Assembly: GCA_018222985.1 (NCBI GenBank)
Contig: JAAEZG010000010.1
Location: forward strand, 16,822-80,821
Source: Gammaproteobacteria bacterium
GTDB taxonomy: Bacteria; Pseudomonadota; Gammaproteobacteria; Enterobacterales; Alteromonadaceae
Direction: 5' to 3'
DNA length: 64,000 nucleotides
The translations under genes were made by a program, and so were the position numbers. Below are positions 1-9,249 of the stretch, piece after piece; position 1 is the first letter of the stretch; each line of letters opens with the position of its first letter. The notes beneath the pieces were generated by a model that worked only from the letters and a program-made list of their open reading frames with translations, was not told the DNA's origin and made no database searches.

Positions 1-374
1 ACCCTGAGCAACGTTCAAATAAGCCATTTTTGCATGTGACTTATACCATTGATGCTGCAGGCGAGGCCGGCAAAAAAGGGCATCTTGAAGATGTTGCCTT
101 TGATATTCAGCAACGTATAGAGCAACGCCATGAATGGCGCCTATCCGAAACACCAGAGCCGCGAGCATGGCAGCTTACTGTACAGGTCTCTAGCGCAGCC
201 ATGTTAGTGCTTAATGGGGAGCTTGAAGCGCCGGCAAGCAATACCACAGAAGGTTCTGTGCAGCGCTTTAAAGTGCAAGGTCCGGCGGATAGTTACGCAG
301 CTTTACCTGAGCAATATGTCAAAATTCTTATCCAGCTTGTGGAAAACGGTCATAAAACGCAATCAAGCTTGTGA
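1..374 (+). CDS. Hypothetical protein, 5' end probably outside the window
   Basis: Frame is open from the window edge (PEQRSNKPFLHVTYT...) to TGA at 372-374; no family recognised. Confidence 0.6.
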   Translation, partial: PEQRSNKPFLHVTYTIDAAGEAGKKGHLEDVAFDIQQRIEQRHEWRLSETPEPRAWQLTVQVSSAAMLVLNGELEAPASNTTEGSVQRFKVQGPADSYAALPEQYVKILIQLVENGHKTQSSL

Positions 375-504
375 TTGCGGGCGTTATAGGATAAAATCCC
401 GCCGCTTAAATCAGTCTGAAGTATTTAATTCATTTAAAAAAGCGTTCCTTGCTGCTAAGGGTGTGACTGAGCCAGTTGGTAGCTATGAACCATAAGGAGC
501 AGAA

Positions 505-879
505 ATGCGTCATTATGAAATCGTATTCATGGTCCATCCAGACCAGAGCGAGCAAGTACCTGGCATGATCGAGCGTTACAGCGAGACCATCAAAGCAGGT
601 AACGGTACCATTCATCGTTTGGAAGACTGGGGCCGTCGTCAATTGGCATACCCAATCAACAAGTTGCACAAAGCACACTACGTGTTGATGAACATCGAAG
701 CGACTGCTGAAGTTGTAGACGAGCTAGAAACAGCTTTCCGATACAACGACGCGGTTTTACGCAACATGATCATGCGCAAGAAAGAAGCTGAAACTGAAGC
801 TTCTGTATTGAGCAAGAAAGATGAGCCACGTAAAGCTGATAGCCGCAACGAAGAGCAAGACGACAACGAAGCGGCGTAA
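505..879 (+). CDS. rpsF: 30S ribosomal protein S6
   Basis: [25 protein letters not shown]...[12 protein letters not shown]; AAGGAG SD; acidic tail. Confidence 0.99.
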   Translation: MRHYEIVFMVHPDQSEQVPGMIERYSETIKAGNGTIHRLEDWGRRQLAYPINKLHKAHYVLMNIEATAEVVDELETAFRYNDAVLRNMIMRKKEAETEASVLSKKDEPRKADSRNEEQDDNEAA

Positions 880-902
880 GCCAATCCGTTGAGTCTACTA
901 CT

Positions 903-1452
<550 letters not shown>

Positions 1453-1494
1453 GCCGGCATCGGAACGATCTCAGAAACTCAGAGGTAGCGGACA

Positions 1495-1947
1495 ATGGAA
1501 ATCATTCTATTAGACAAAATCGCCAACTTAGGTAGCTTGGGTGACCAAGTTTCAGTTAAGTCTGGCTATGCACGTAACTTTTTGTTCCCACAAGGTAAAG
1601 CAGTTCCTGCAACCGAAGCGAACATTAAAGTATTTGAAGAGCGTCGTGCTGAACTTGAAGCTAAATTGGCTGAAGAGTTAGCAGCTGCGCAAGCTCGTGC
1701 AGAAAAAATTAATGCACTTGACCCAGTAGTTATCGGCTCTAAAGCTGGTGACGAAGGTAAATTGTTTGGTTCAATCGGTACGCGTGACATCGCTGATGCA
1801 ATTACTGCAGCTGGCGTTGAAGTGGTTAAAGCCGAAGTATTGTTACCAAACGGTACCTTGCGTGAAGTTGGCGAATACGACATCGAGTTGCACTTGCACT
1901 CAGACGTATTTGCAACGGTTAAATTGCAAGTTGTTGCTGCTGACTAA
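1495..1947 (+). CDS. rplI: 50S ribosomal protein L9
   Basis: [25 protein letters not shown]; [12 protein letters not shown]. Confidence 0.99.
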   Translation: MEIILLDKIANLGSLGDQVSVKSGYARNFLFPQGKAVPATEANIKVFEERRAELEAKLAEELAAAQARAEKINALDPVVIGSKAGDEGKLFGSIGTRDIADAITAAGVEVVKAEVLLPNGTLREVGEYDIELHLHSDVFATVKLQVVAAD

Positions 1948-1968
1948 TTTAGTCGCTGCAAGCCAATC

Positions 1969-2001
1969 AAAAAAGCTGTCCATTTGGGCAGCTTTTTTTT
2001 T
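1969..2001 (+). terminator. Intrinsic terminator after rplI
   Basis: AAAAAAGCTGTCC-ATTT-GGGCAGC followed by a T run. Confidence 0.9.
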
Positions 2002-2019
2002 GGATTTTTTATGACGCGC

Positions 2020-2047
2020 TGTAAACCTTGCCGTAGTTGCGTGCGAC
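2020..2047 (+). promoter_or_regulatory. Candidate ECF-type (autoregulatory) promoter
   Basis: TGTAAAC-N17-CGAC upstream of the ECF gene; resembles AAC/CGWC ECF promoters. Confidence 0.35.
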
Positions 2048-2095
2048 ATACTTAGTAACTGAACAATAATCGCTGTACAAAATGCCAAGATAGGA

Positions 2096-2671
2096 ATGCC
2101 AGTGACAGCTCAAATTCTAACAACAGCGTATTTTGATGACCCAGACGTAAAACTTGCGCAACAAGCAGGGCAGGGCGACTTAAATGCGTTTCGAAAAATT
2201 TATGACCGACATCATCGGCGCGTTTATGGCTTAGTGATACGCCTAGCCGGCGATTTTGATACGGCGAATGATGTAACCCAAGAGGTGTTTATTCAGCTCT
2301 GGAAACATTTATCCAGCTTTCGCGCTGAAAGTAAATTCAGTACCTGGTTACATACCGTGGCCACGCGCGTTGCAATAACCGAGCTGCGTAAACAAAACCG
2401 CCGAATTCAACAGTTGCAGTTGGCCGGCGATGAACAAGCTAACCTCGAGCAGCAGTTGGTGCACAGTGACTGCCCAGATTTGGGGCGCCTTGATGGACTG
2501 ATTCAGCGGCTGCCCCTGCAAATGCGTTGGGTGTTTGTGCTGCATTGCCTAGAGGGAATGCGCCATGAAGACGTCGCTGAAGAACTAGGTATAGCCGTCG
2601 GTACAAGTAAAGCGCAGGTGCACCGCGCCAGAACGTTATTAGAGGAGTGGTTAAGCGATGACAACGCCTAA
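2096..2671 (+). CDS. ECF family RNA polymerase sigma factor
   Basis: Region 2 (DVTQEVFIQLW...FRAESKFSTWLHTVA) and region 4 (IQRLP..MRWVFVL...EDVAEELGIAVGTSKAQVHRAR). Confidence 0.95.
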   Translation: MPVTAQILTTAYFDDPDVKLAQQAGQGDLNAFRKIYDRHHRRVYGLVIRLAGDFDTANDVTQEVFIQLWKHLSSFRAESKFSTWLHTVATRVAITELRKQNRRIQQLQLAGDEQANLEQQLVHSDCPDLGRLDGLIQRLPLQMRWVFVLHCLEGMRHEDVAEELGIAVGTSKAQVHRARTLLEEWLSDDNA

Positions 2672-3200
2672 TAATAGTGCAAGCAAAGCATTAGATTCGT
2701 TGATTGATGAGACCATGCAGCATGGTGGCGAAGTAGCGCCTCCCAAAGACCTATGGCGTGGCATTGAAGCGAGCATTAGCCGTCAGCAACTGCGTTCGCA
2801 GCTACAACCAAATCATCGTTGGCGCTGGGCCACGGGTATTGCGGCGTCTGTTTTTGTGGCTGTTGGTGTGTTTATGGGCACTTATACCATGCAAAAACCG
2901 GAAGTTGGCACTAACTCAGAGCAAGCCCACATGAACCTGCTTACCATGGTCACCGAACAGCACCAAAAGCAGCGGGAATTGTTACTAACCAATTACCAAG
3001 ATGCCGGTTTAACACCAACATTTAACGAATTGGAAAGTGAGCTGCAGCAACTACGCGAGGCGGCAATGAAAGTCACTCAACAGCTGCAACAAGAACCAAA
3101 CAATTCAGAGCTATGGAAGTTCCTGCAGTGGTTACATCAACAGGAACTTGAATTATTGAAGACCATGTATATACAGCCGCGCACTTATCAGCAGGCCTAA
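2658..3200 (+). CDS. Putative single-TM anti-sigma factor
   Basis: Overlaps the sigma gene by 14 bp; PPKDLWRGIEA motif, one hydrophobic helix (WATGIAASVFVAVGVFMG), helical C-terminus. Confidence 0.75.
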   Translation: MTTPNNSASKALDSLIDETMQHGGEVAPPKDLWRGIEASISRQQLRSQLQPNHRWRWATGIAASVFVAVGVFMGTYTMQKPEVGTNSEQAHMNLLTMVTEQHQKQRELLLTNYQDAGLTPTFNELESELQQLREAAMKVTQQLQQEPNNSELWKFLQWLHQQELELLKTMYIQPRTYQQA

Positions 3201-3240
3201 TTAAATAAAGCTAAATAAAGCTAATTAAAGCCAAATAAAG
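3201..3240. repeat. Four tandem 10-bp A-tract units (YYAAWTAAAG)
   Basis: ttaaataaag ctaaataaag ctaattaaag ccaaataaag. Confidence 0.85.
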
Positions 3241-3260
3241 TACAACTGAGGAGTTTACTC

Positions 3261-4211
3261 ATGAATAAATTAACCCAATTGGCGATCGCCAGCACCTTAT
3301 TACTGGTACCGAATTTGGTTTTTGCCAAGGGCGAGCAAGTTAATAAGCAGCTTGATGTACCAGCCAATACTCGCGTGGTTATTGACACCATGCGCGGTAA
3401 AGTTGACGTACAAGGAACGAATGCGAATGTGGCTAAGGTTGTTGGTACCATTGATGAGAATGCTGAAGACTTTATTTTTGAGCTGAATGGCAATACGTTA
3501 ACTATTCACGTCAAAATGCCCAAACGCGGTAACTTCAGTAATAACGACGGTAACGATTTAAAAATTAGCCTACCAAACACCGCCCGTGTTGAGGCGCAAA
3601 GCGTCTCTGCTGACTTTAGTGTCAGCGCGTTTACCGGCAGTGTTGTGGTGAGCAGCGTTAGCGGCGACATTACGGCGACCCGATTAACTGGCGGTGCTAA
3701 CTTAGAAACGGTTAGTGGTGATATTGAAGGCCGTGACTTAGCCGGCGAACTGACCTTACAAAGTGTTAGTGGTGATGTTGAAGACCAAGGCAGTGATAGT
3801 TCGCGTGCAACTTATGCGTCAGTCAGTGGTGACGTAAAAGCTAATACCAATGCGCGAGTGGTGCGTGCTGAAGCCGTGTCTGGCGACATCCAACTAAATC
3901 TTGCAAGCGTTGATTCATTGCATATTAATAATGTTAGCGGTGATGTTGAAGTCACGACAGCGCTTAATGAACGGGCCCGAGTTAACGTGGAAACCGTAAG
4001 CGGCAATACCACGATGAAATTGCGCGGTGCTATTCATGCTGACATAGACGCACGTGCAAGCGCGGGCGGCGATATTGTGAACCGTCTGAACCAAGTGCAA
4101 GCCGAAGAAGGTAAGTTTGGGCTTGGCCAAAGCTTGAAGTTGGAGCTAGGTGAACGTAATAGTTCTATGAGTTTTCGCAGCGTAAGCGGCAGTATTGTAT
4201 TGGAAAAATAA
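3261..4211 (+). CDS. Secreted DUF4097-type beta-strand repeat protein
   Basis: Signal peptide ending FA-K; about 10 [ST]VSGD[IV]-like repeats. Confidence 0.85.
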   Translation: MNKLTQLAIASTLLLVPNLVFAKGEQVNKQLDVPANTRVVIDTMRGKVDVQGTNANVAKVVGTIDENAEDFIFELNGNTLTIHVKMPKRGNFSNNDGNDLKISLPNTARVEAQSVSADFSVSAFTGSVVVSSVSGDITATRLTGGANLETVSGDIEGRDLAGELTLQSVSGDVEDQGSDSSRATYASVSGDVKANTNARVVRAEAVSGDIQLNLASVDSLHINNVSGDVEVTTALNERARVNVETVSGNTTMKLRGAIHADIDARASAGGDIVNRLNQVQAEEGKFGLGQSLKLELGERNSSMSFRSVSGSIVLEK

Positions 4212-4245
4212 CGGGCCTAAACCTCGGCGACCGTATGACCTTAAC

Positions 4246-4279
4246 AAGCAAATCAGCAAATTTATGCTGATTTGCTTTC
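4246..4279 (+). terminator. Intrinsic terminator after the ECF operon
   Basis: AAGCAAATCAGCA-AATTTA-TGCTGATTTGCTT then TT. Confidence 0.85.
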
Positions 4280-4342
4280 TTCGTGCCCTATGATTTTGTA
4301 TAGTCTCGCATGGTTATTTGATATTTACTCACTGAGACATTC

Positions 4343-5773
4343 ATGGCAGAAAAGCGCACGACCAAGCAAGCATGGCAAGGACAGCAAAAACCTAAAGACG
4401 CCAAACTTGATGCGATAAAAACACCCCCACATTCGATTGAAGCAGAGCAGTCGGTGTTAGGTGGCCTCATGCTCGATAATCAGGCATGGGATACTATTGC
4501 AGGCGAGTTGATTGCCGATGACTTTTATCATCGCGGGCATCGGTTAATCTTCCGTGCTATGCATCACTTGTCAGAGCGCACGCAGCCAATAGACTTGGTA
4601 ACGGTGTCGGAAGTTCTTGAAGCTTCTGGTGAACTGCAAGACGTTGGCGGATTTGCCTACCTTGGTGAAATTGCAAAAAACACCCCCAGTGCCGCGAATA
4701 TTCGAGCTTATGCACAAATAGTGCGCGAGCGGGCAATTCTGCGCGAAATGATCGCTGCTGCCAACGAAATTGCGGAGTCAGGTTTTGACACCCAAAACCG
4801 AACCTCCAGTGAGCTGCTAGACATTGCAGAAAGCAAAGTTTTTCAGATTGCCGAAAAGCGCACTAGCGCCAATGAAGGGCCGCAGCCAATTTCTCCTATT
4901 TTGCAAAAAACCATCGACCGTATTGATGAGCTCAGCCGTAACAAGAATCATAACGGTATCACCGGTGCTTCAACCGGCTTCTTAGATCTTGATCAAATGA
5001 CAGCAGGCTTGCAGCCCTCAGACTTGATTATCGTTGCTGCGCGGCCATCGATGGGTAAAACCACCTTTGCCATGAACCTATGTGAAAACGTGGCTATGCG
5101 CAAAGACAAGCCTGTACTGGTATTTAGTCTTGAGATGCCGTCTGAACAAATCATGATGCGTATGTTGGCGTCGTTAAGTCATGTTGACCAAACGCGTATT
5201 CGTACTGGGCGCCTTGAGGAAGACGAATGGTCGCGTATTGCATCGACGATCAATATTCTAAAAGATAAGAACAATATCTTTATCGACGATTCGTCGGGGT
5301 TAACCCCAACCGAAGTACGTTCACGTGCGCGGCGGGTTTATCGTGAGAGTGGTGGGTTGTCGATGATTATGGTCGATTATCTTCAGTTGATGACGGTGCC
5401 TGGCATGGCAGAGAATCGAACCTTGGAAATCGCCGAGATTTCGCGCTCGCTTAAAGCGTTAGCGAAGGAGCTTGAAGTACCAGTGGTTGCATTATCGCAG
5501 CTTAACCGTTCACTTGAGCAGCGCACCAATAAGCGCCCGGTAAACTCAGACTTACGTGAATCGGGCTCAATAGAGCAAGACGCCGACGTGATTATGTTTA
5601 TTTATCGCGATGAAGTTTATCACCCAGAAACCGAAGAAAAAGGTGTGGCAGAAGTCATTATCGGTAAGCAGCGTAACGGCCCTATCGGTAGCGTTAAACT
5701 TAAATTCCAAGGGCATTATTCGAAGTTTGATAACTTGGCTAAAATTGACTTACCAGACGGGCCCGATTATTAA
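4343..5773 (+). CDS. dnaB: Replicative DNA helicase
   Basis: PPHSIEAEQSVLGG; Walker A AARPSMGKTT; DYLQL; DLRESGSIEQDAD. Confidence 0.99.
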   Translation: MAEKRTTKQAWQGQQKPKDAKLDAIKTPPHSIEAEQSVLGGLMLDNQAWDTIAGELIADDFYHRGHRLIFRAMHHLSERTQPIDLVTVSEVLEASGELQDVGGFAYLGEIAKNTPSAANIRAYAQIVRERAILREMIAAANEIAESGFDTQNRTSSELLDIAESKVFQIAEKRTSANEGPQPISPILQKTIDRIDELSRNKNHNGITGASTGFLDLDQMTAGLQPSDLIIVAARPSMGKTTFAMNLCENVAMRKDKPVLVFSLEMPSEQIMMRMLASLSHVDQTRIRTGRLEEDEWSRIASTINILKDKNNIFIDDSSGLTPTEVRSRARRVYRESGGLSMIMVDYLQLMTVPGMAENRTLEIAEISRSLKALAKELEVPVVALSQLNRSLEQRTNKRPVNSDLRESGSIEQDADVIMFIYRDEVYHPETEEKGVAEVIIGKQRNGPIGSVKLKFQGHYSKFDNLAKIDLPDGPDY

Positions 5774-6210
5774 TGACAGTCTTTACACAGACCATGCGCT
5801 TCAATGGTCTGTGACGCCACATGAAACCCTTGGCTTTCTGCTTGTTTATGCAGAGCGTCATAAACCCCATCTGATTGAATTTCCTGTACCGAACCGCACT
5901 GAACACAAATAAGCATTTGTACTGGGTGCTGATGATCAAAGTGACTGCACAGTACATAACTATTCGATGAGGTTATTTTATGCACAAAACCTTGTTCTTG
6001 CAGAAAATCTAGTGCGCGATAAATGGTAGGGGGTTTGGCATTAGGAACCGCAGCTTTTAGCTTATCGAGCAAGTCGTAAGCGCCGATCGCGCCTTCTTGT
6101 TCAGCTAATATTTCAAACACCTCGCGGCGCGCTGGTGTTAACCGCGCCCCACGTTGCTCGCATAATTTTTGCGCTTTATTGACTAAACGCTGAGTATCTA
6201 ATGTGTTCAT
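5770..6210 (-). CDS. zur: Fur-family zinc uptake regulator
   Basis: GARLTPARREV, AYDLLDKL, KPPTIYRALDFL, CxxC motifs; adjacent to dusA; alternative TTG start at 6237. Confidence 0.9.
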   Translation of the reverse strand: MNTLDTQRLVNKAQKLCEQRGARLTPARREVFEILAEQEGAIGAYDLLDKLKAAVPNAKPPTIYRALDFLQEQGFVHKITSSNSYVLCSHFDHQHPVQMLICVQCGSVQEIQSDGVYDALHKQAESQGFHVASQTIEAHGLCKDCH

Positions 6211-6324
6211 AGTTGGCAGTTTATCACGGTGAAGCAAAAATTAGGAAGCACGATTATTGAGCTCTGTTGATACTCGCCTTGGTTGGCGGCTATGGCAACA
6301 GTCGTCATTTTTTCCAGATAACGT

Positions 6325-6338
6325 TATAATGCGCGGCC
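6325..6338 (+). promoter_or_regulatory. sigma70 -10 with GC-rich discriminator for dusA
   Basis: TATAAT followed by GCGCGGCC. Confidence 0.6.
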
Positions 6339-6385
6339 ATTTTGTTGTTGTTAACCTAAGTTGAATAGGTCATAGAGAGTATTAC

Positions 6386-7441
6386 ATGTCGCAAGCATCT
6401 GATAAATCGACTATCGGTGATTTTAATCGCAAGTTGTCAATCGCGCCAATGCTGGATTGGACCGATCGCCACTGTCGCTATTTTCATCGCTTGCTGACGC
6501 AGCATACTGTGCTTTATACCGAAATGGTTACAACCGGCGCAATTATTCACGGCAAAATGGACTTTCTGCAATTTGATCCGGCTGAACAGCCGGTGGTATT
6601 GCAACTTGGTGGCAGCGACCCAGTGGCCATGGCTGAATGCACGGTTCGGGCCGCTGAACGTGGTTATCACGAAGTGAATATCAACGTTGGCTGCCCTTCT
6701 GACCGCGTACAAAACGGTAGTTTTGGCGCTTGTTTAATGGCCGAGCCACACACGGTAGCTGCTTGCGTTAAAGCGATGAAAGAAGCGGCGCCTAACACCG
6801 TTGTTTCGGTGAAAACTCGCTTAGGCATTGACGAACACGACAGTGATGACTATTTACAACGGTTTTTAGAGCCGGTGATGGATGCTGGCTGCGAGTATTT
6901 TACGCTGCATGCGCGCAATGCTTGGTTGAAAGGCTTGAGCCCGAAGCAGAACCGCGATATTCCGCCGCTTCGCTATGACCGTGTGTATCGAATGAAGCAG
7001 CGTTATCCAGATTTGCACATCACGATTAACGGCGGCATTAAAACCGTTGCCGACATTCACCAACACCTCGAACACGTTGATGGCGTCATGATTGGTCGTG
7101 AGGCTTATCAGAACCCCATGCTGTTAACAGAGTTTGATGCCATATACGGCGCCGCAAAGCCGGTCGATGTTGCCAATGTTTTGGAGCAAATGATTCAGTA
7201 CATGGAGCGTCATGTCGCTCAAGGCGGACGGCCATGGCACGTGGCACGCCATATGATTGGGTTGTTTCAAGGCGGTCCCGGCGCAAAAAAATGGCGTCAA
7301 CTGTTAAGCCAAAATGGGCCGACGGCGACCGATGCGCGTGAACTGATTGAGTCTGCTTATGCAGAGGTGTCGACTGCCCGTGAACGGTTTGACCAACATT
7401 TAGCCGAATTAGCTAAACGCAGCGCATTGCAGCAGGTTTAA
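6386..7441 (+). CDS. dusA: tRNA dihydrouridine(20/20a) synthase
   Basis: SIAPMLDWTDRHCRYFHR, NINVGCPSDRVQNGSFGACLM, NGGI, GVMIGR. Confidence 0.98.
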   Translation: MSQASDKSTIGDFNRKLSIAPMLDWTDRHCRYFHRLLTQHTVLYTEMVTTGAIIHGKMDFLQFDPAEQPVVLQLGGSDPVAMAECTVRAAERGYHEVNINVGCPSDRVQNGSFGACLMAEPHTVAACVKAMKEAAPNTVVSVKTRLGIDEHDSDDYLQRFLEPVMDAGCEYFTLHARNAWLKGLSPKQNRDIPPLRYDRVYRMKQRYPDLHITINGGIKTVADIHQHLEHVDGVMIGREAYQNPMLLTEFDAIYGAAKPVDVANVLEQMIQYMERHVAQGGRPWHVARHMIGLFQGGPGAKKWRQLLSQNGPTATDARELIESAYAEVSTARERFDQHLAELAKRSALQQV

Positions 7442-7476
7442 TTAAATAACCGTAAGTTTGAGAATACATCATTTAA

Positions 7477-7489
7477 AAACAACAAGTTA
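7477..7489 (+). promoter_or_regulatory. IHF-like site
   Basis: AAACAACAAGTTA vs WATCAANNNNTTR (one mismatch) in an AT-rich tract upstream of a sigma54 promoter. Confidence 0.45.
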
Positions 7490-7517
7490 AAAACTTATCA
7501 GGCTGCCATTTAAAACT

Positions 7518-7533
7518 TGGCACACCCATTGCA
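7518..7533 (+). promoter_or_regulatory. sigma54 (-24/-12) promoter
   Basis: TGGCAC-ACCCA-TTGCA, an exact fit to TGGCAC-N5-TTGCW, about 50 bp before the ATG at 7586. Confidence 0.85.
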
Positions 7534-7585
7534 TTACTCCTATTGATTAAATTGGCATGTTGCCAAATTCAATAGGAGAAACCCA

Positions 7586-7858
7586 ATGAAAACCACAATC
7601 GCTACTGTTGTATTAGTTTCAAGCTTATTTAGCGGCCAAGCGCTCGCTCAAGAATCACAACCTAAAGACGTACTTGAGTCGTCATTAGCGCGCAGCATTC
7701 AACACGATGTAACTGCGGTACAGCAACAAGTGAAAAATGACAATTCACTCGATTTATTGCAGCTAATCACTGACTTTAAATTTGCCCTTAGCCCGTCAAC
7801 TATTGTTTCTAGCATTGCAGAAACAGCCTCAGACTTGCTTAGCCAACCTGAGGAATAA
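7586..7858 (+). CDS. Small secreted hypothetical protein (90 aa)
   Basis: AGGAG SD; signal peptide ending ALA-Q. Confidence 0.85.
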   Translation: MKTTIATVVLVSSLFSGQALAQESQPKDVLESSLARSIQHDVTAVQQQVKNDNSLDLLQLITDFKFALSPSTIVSSIAETASDLLSQPEE

Positions 7859-7861
7859 GTC

Positions 7862-7978
7862 ATGTGGCTACAACCGACTTTTTTAGTAGCAATGATGGCT
7901 GCACCGGTATTGGGAACAGTGGTTGCCGGTGCGGTCGTTATCGCAACTAACGCGATGAGCGTCGACAAATCCAAGTGA
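7862..7978 (+). CDS. Small hydrophobic peptide (38 aa), not in the ORF track
   Basis: GAGGA SD overlaps the upstream stop; MWLQPTFLVAMMAAPVLGTVVAGAVVIATNAMSVDKSK has one TM helix and a basic tail. Confidence 0.6.
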   Translation: MWLQPTFLVAMMAAPVLGTVVAGAVVIATNAMSVDKSK

Positions 7979-8043
7979 ATGGCCCGTGAACATGTGGTAC
8001 GCTGATTTCCATCTATACCAACAACAATAGAGGAAGTGTAAGC

Positions 8044-9243
8044 GTGAATAAGCCGCTCATTTGGGGTTTGGTTGGCGCCTTGAGTCTAACCACCACTGCC
8101 GTTGCGCAGGAATATAAAGCGTCTGAGCGAGCCCATCGCATAGCTCAAGAAAACTTAATCATCGATACCCATATCGATGTCCCTTATCGGTTAAACAAAG
8201 ACTGGGAAGACGTGACTCGCGCCACCAAGCGTGGTGACTTTGACTACCCGCGTGCCAAGCAAGGCGGCTTGAACGTACCCTTCATGTCAATTTACATTCC
8301 CGCTCAACTAGAACAAACGCCGGGTGCAAGTTATCAATTGGCGCACCAACTAATCGATAGTATGGAAGCCATTGCCTGGCGCGCACCGCAAAAATTTGCC
8401 ATGGCTTACAGCGTTGACCAAGTAATGCAGCAGCAAGAACGCGGCGTCATTTCTATCGCGCTGGGTATGGAAAATGGCTCGCCAATTGAAGGCGACATCA
8501 ATAATCTGCATGAATTCTATAACCGTGGTATTCGTTATATTACGCTAGCGCACAGCCAGTCGAACCATATTTCAGACTCGTCTTACGACGTGCGTCGCCA
8601 ATGGAATGGCTTGAGCCCGTTCGGCAAAGAACTCGTCAAAGAAATGAACAATGTTGGCGTCATGATTGATATCTCGCACGTATCTGACGAAGCATTCTGG
8701 CAAGCGGTCGAGATTTCAAAAGTACCGGTTATTGCCTCACACTCTTCGTTGCGCCGCTACACCCCAGGCTTTGAGCGCAACATGAGCGATGAGATGATCA
8801 AAGGCCTTGCCAAGAACGGCGGCGTGATTATGATTAACTTCGGCAGCTCGTTTGTAACACAGCAAGCGAACCGCTATGGCGATATTGTTCGCAAACAAAT
8901 TGCGGCGATTAACGAGCAGTACGGTGAAGGCTCAGAAGAAGCTGAACAACGCATTGCTGAAGTGCGTAAAAAGAACCCATTCCCGTTTGCCACACTTGAA
9001 GAAGTGCTTAATCACATTGACCATGTGAAAAGCCTCGTGGGCATTGATTACATTGGCATCGGTTCAGACTATGACGGGGTTGGCGATTCTCTGCCGGTAG
9101 GTTTGAAGGATGTGTCGACGTATCCAAACTTGGTACAGGGTTTGCTTGATCGCGGCTATAGCGACGAGGAAATCGAGAAGATACTTTATAAGAATTTTGT
9201 CCGCGTTTGGCGCGAAGTAGAAGCCTACGCCGCTAAAAACTAA
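8044..9243 (+). CDS. Secreted membrane dipeptidase (peptidase M19)
   Basis: Signal peptide; DTHID, GMENG, YITLAH, DISH, ASHS, GSDYDG motifs; GTG start. Confidence 0.92.
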   Translation: MNKPLIWGLVGALSLTTTAVAQEYKASERAHRIAQENLIIDTHIDVPYRLNKDWEDVTRATKRGDFDYPRAKQGGLNVPFMSIYIPAQLEQTPGASYQLAHQLIDSMEAIAWRAPQKFAMAYSVDQVMQQQERGVISIALGMENGSPIEGDINNLHEFYNRGIRYITLAHSQSNHISDSSYDVRRQWNGLSPFGKELVKEMNNVGVMIDISHVSDEAFWQAVEISKVPVIASHSSLRRYTPGFERNMSDEMIKGLAKNGGVIMINFGSSFVTQQANRYGDIVRKQIAAINEQYGEGSEEAEQRIAEVRKKNPFPFATLEEVLNHIDHVKSLVGIDYIGIGSDYDGVGDSLPVGLKDVSTYPNLVQGLLDRGYSDEEIEKILYKNFVRVWREVEAYAAKN

Positions 9244-9249
9244 AAGCAA

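Noticed and set aside
3600-4200. Recurring agcgt/agtggtga words as a DNA repeat element
   Set aside because: Explained by the SVSGD protein repeats of DUF4097
6238-6500. dusA-associated integrative element
   Set aside because: The dusA 5' end is intact and adjoins zur with no integrase; at most an empty site
7862-7978. 38-aa peptide as a true PspG orthologue
   Set aside because: About half the length of PspG, with no recognisable PspG motif; only its position and promoter type match
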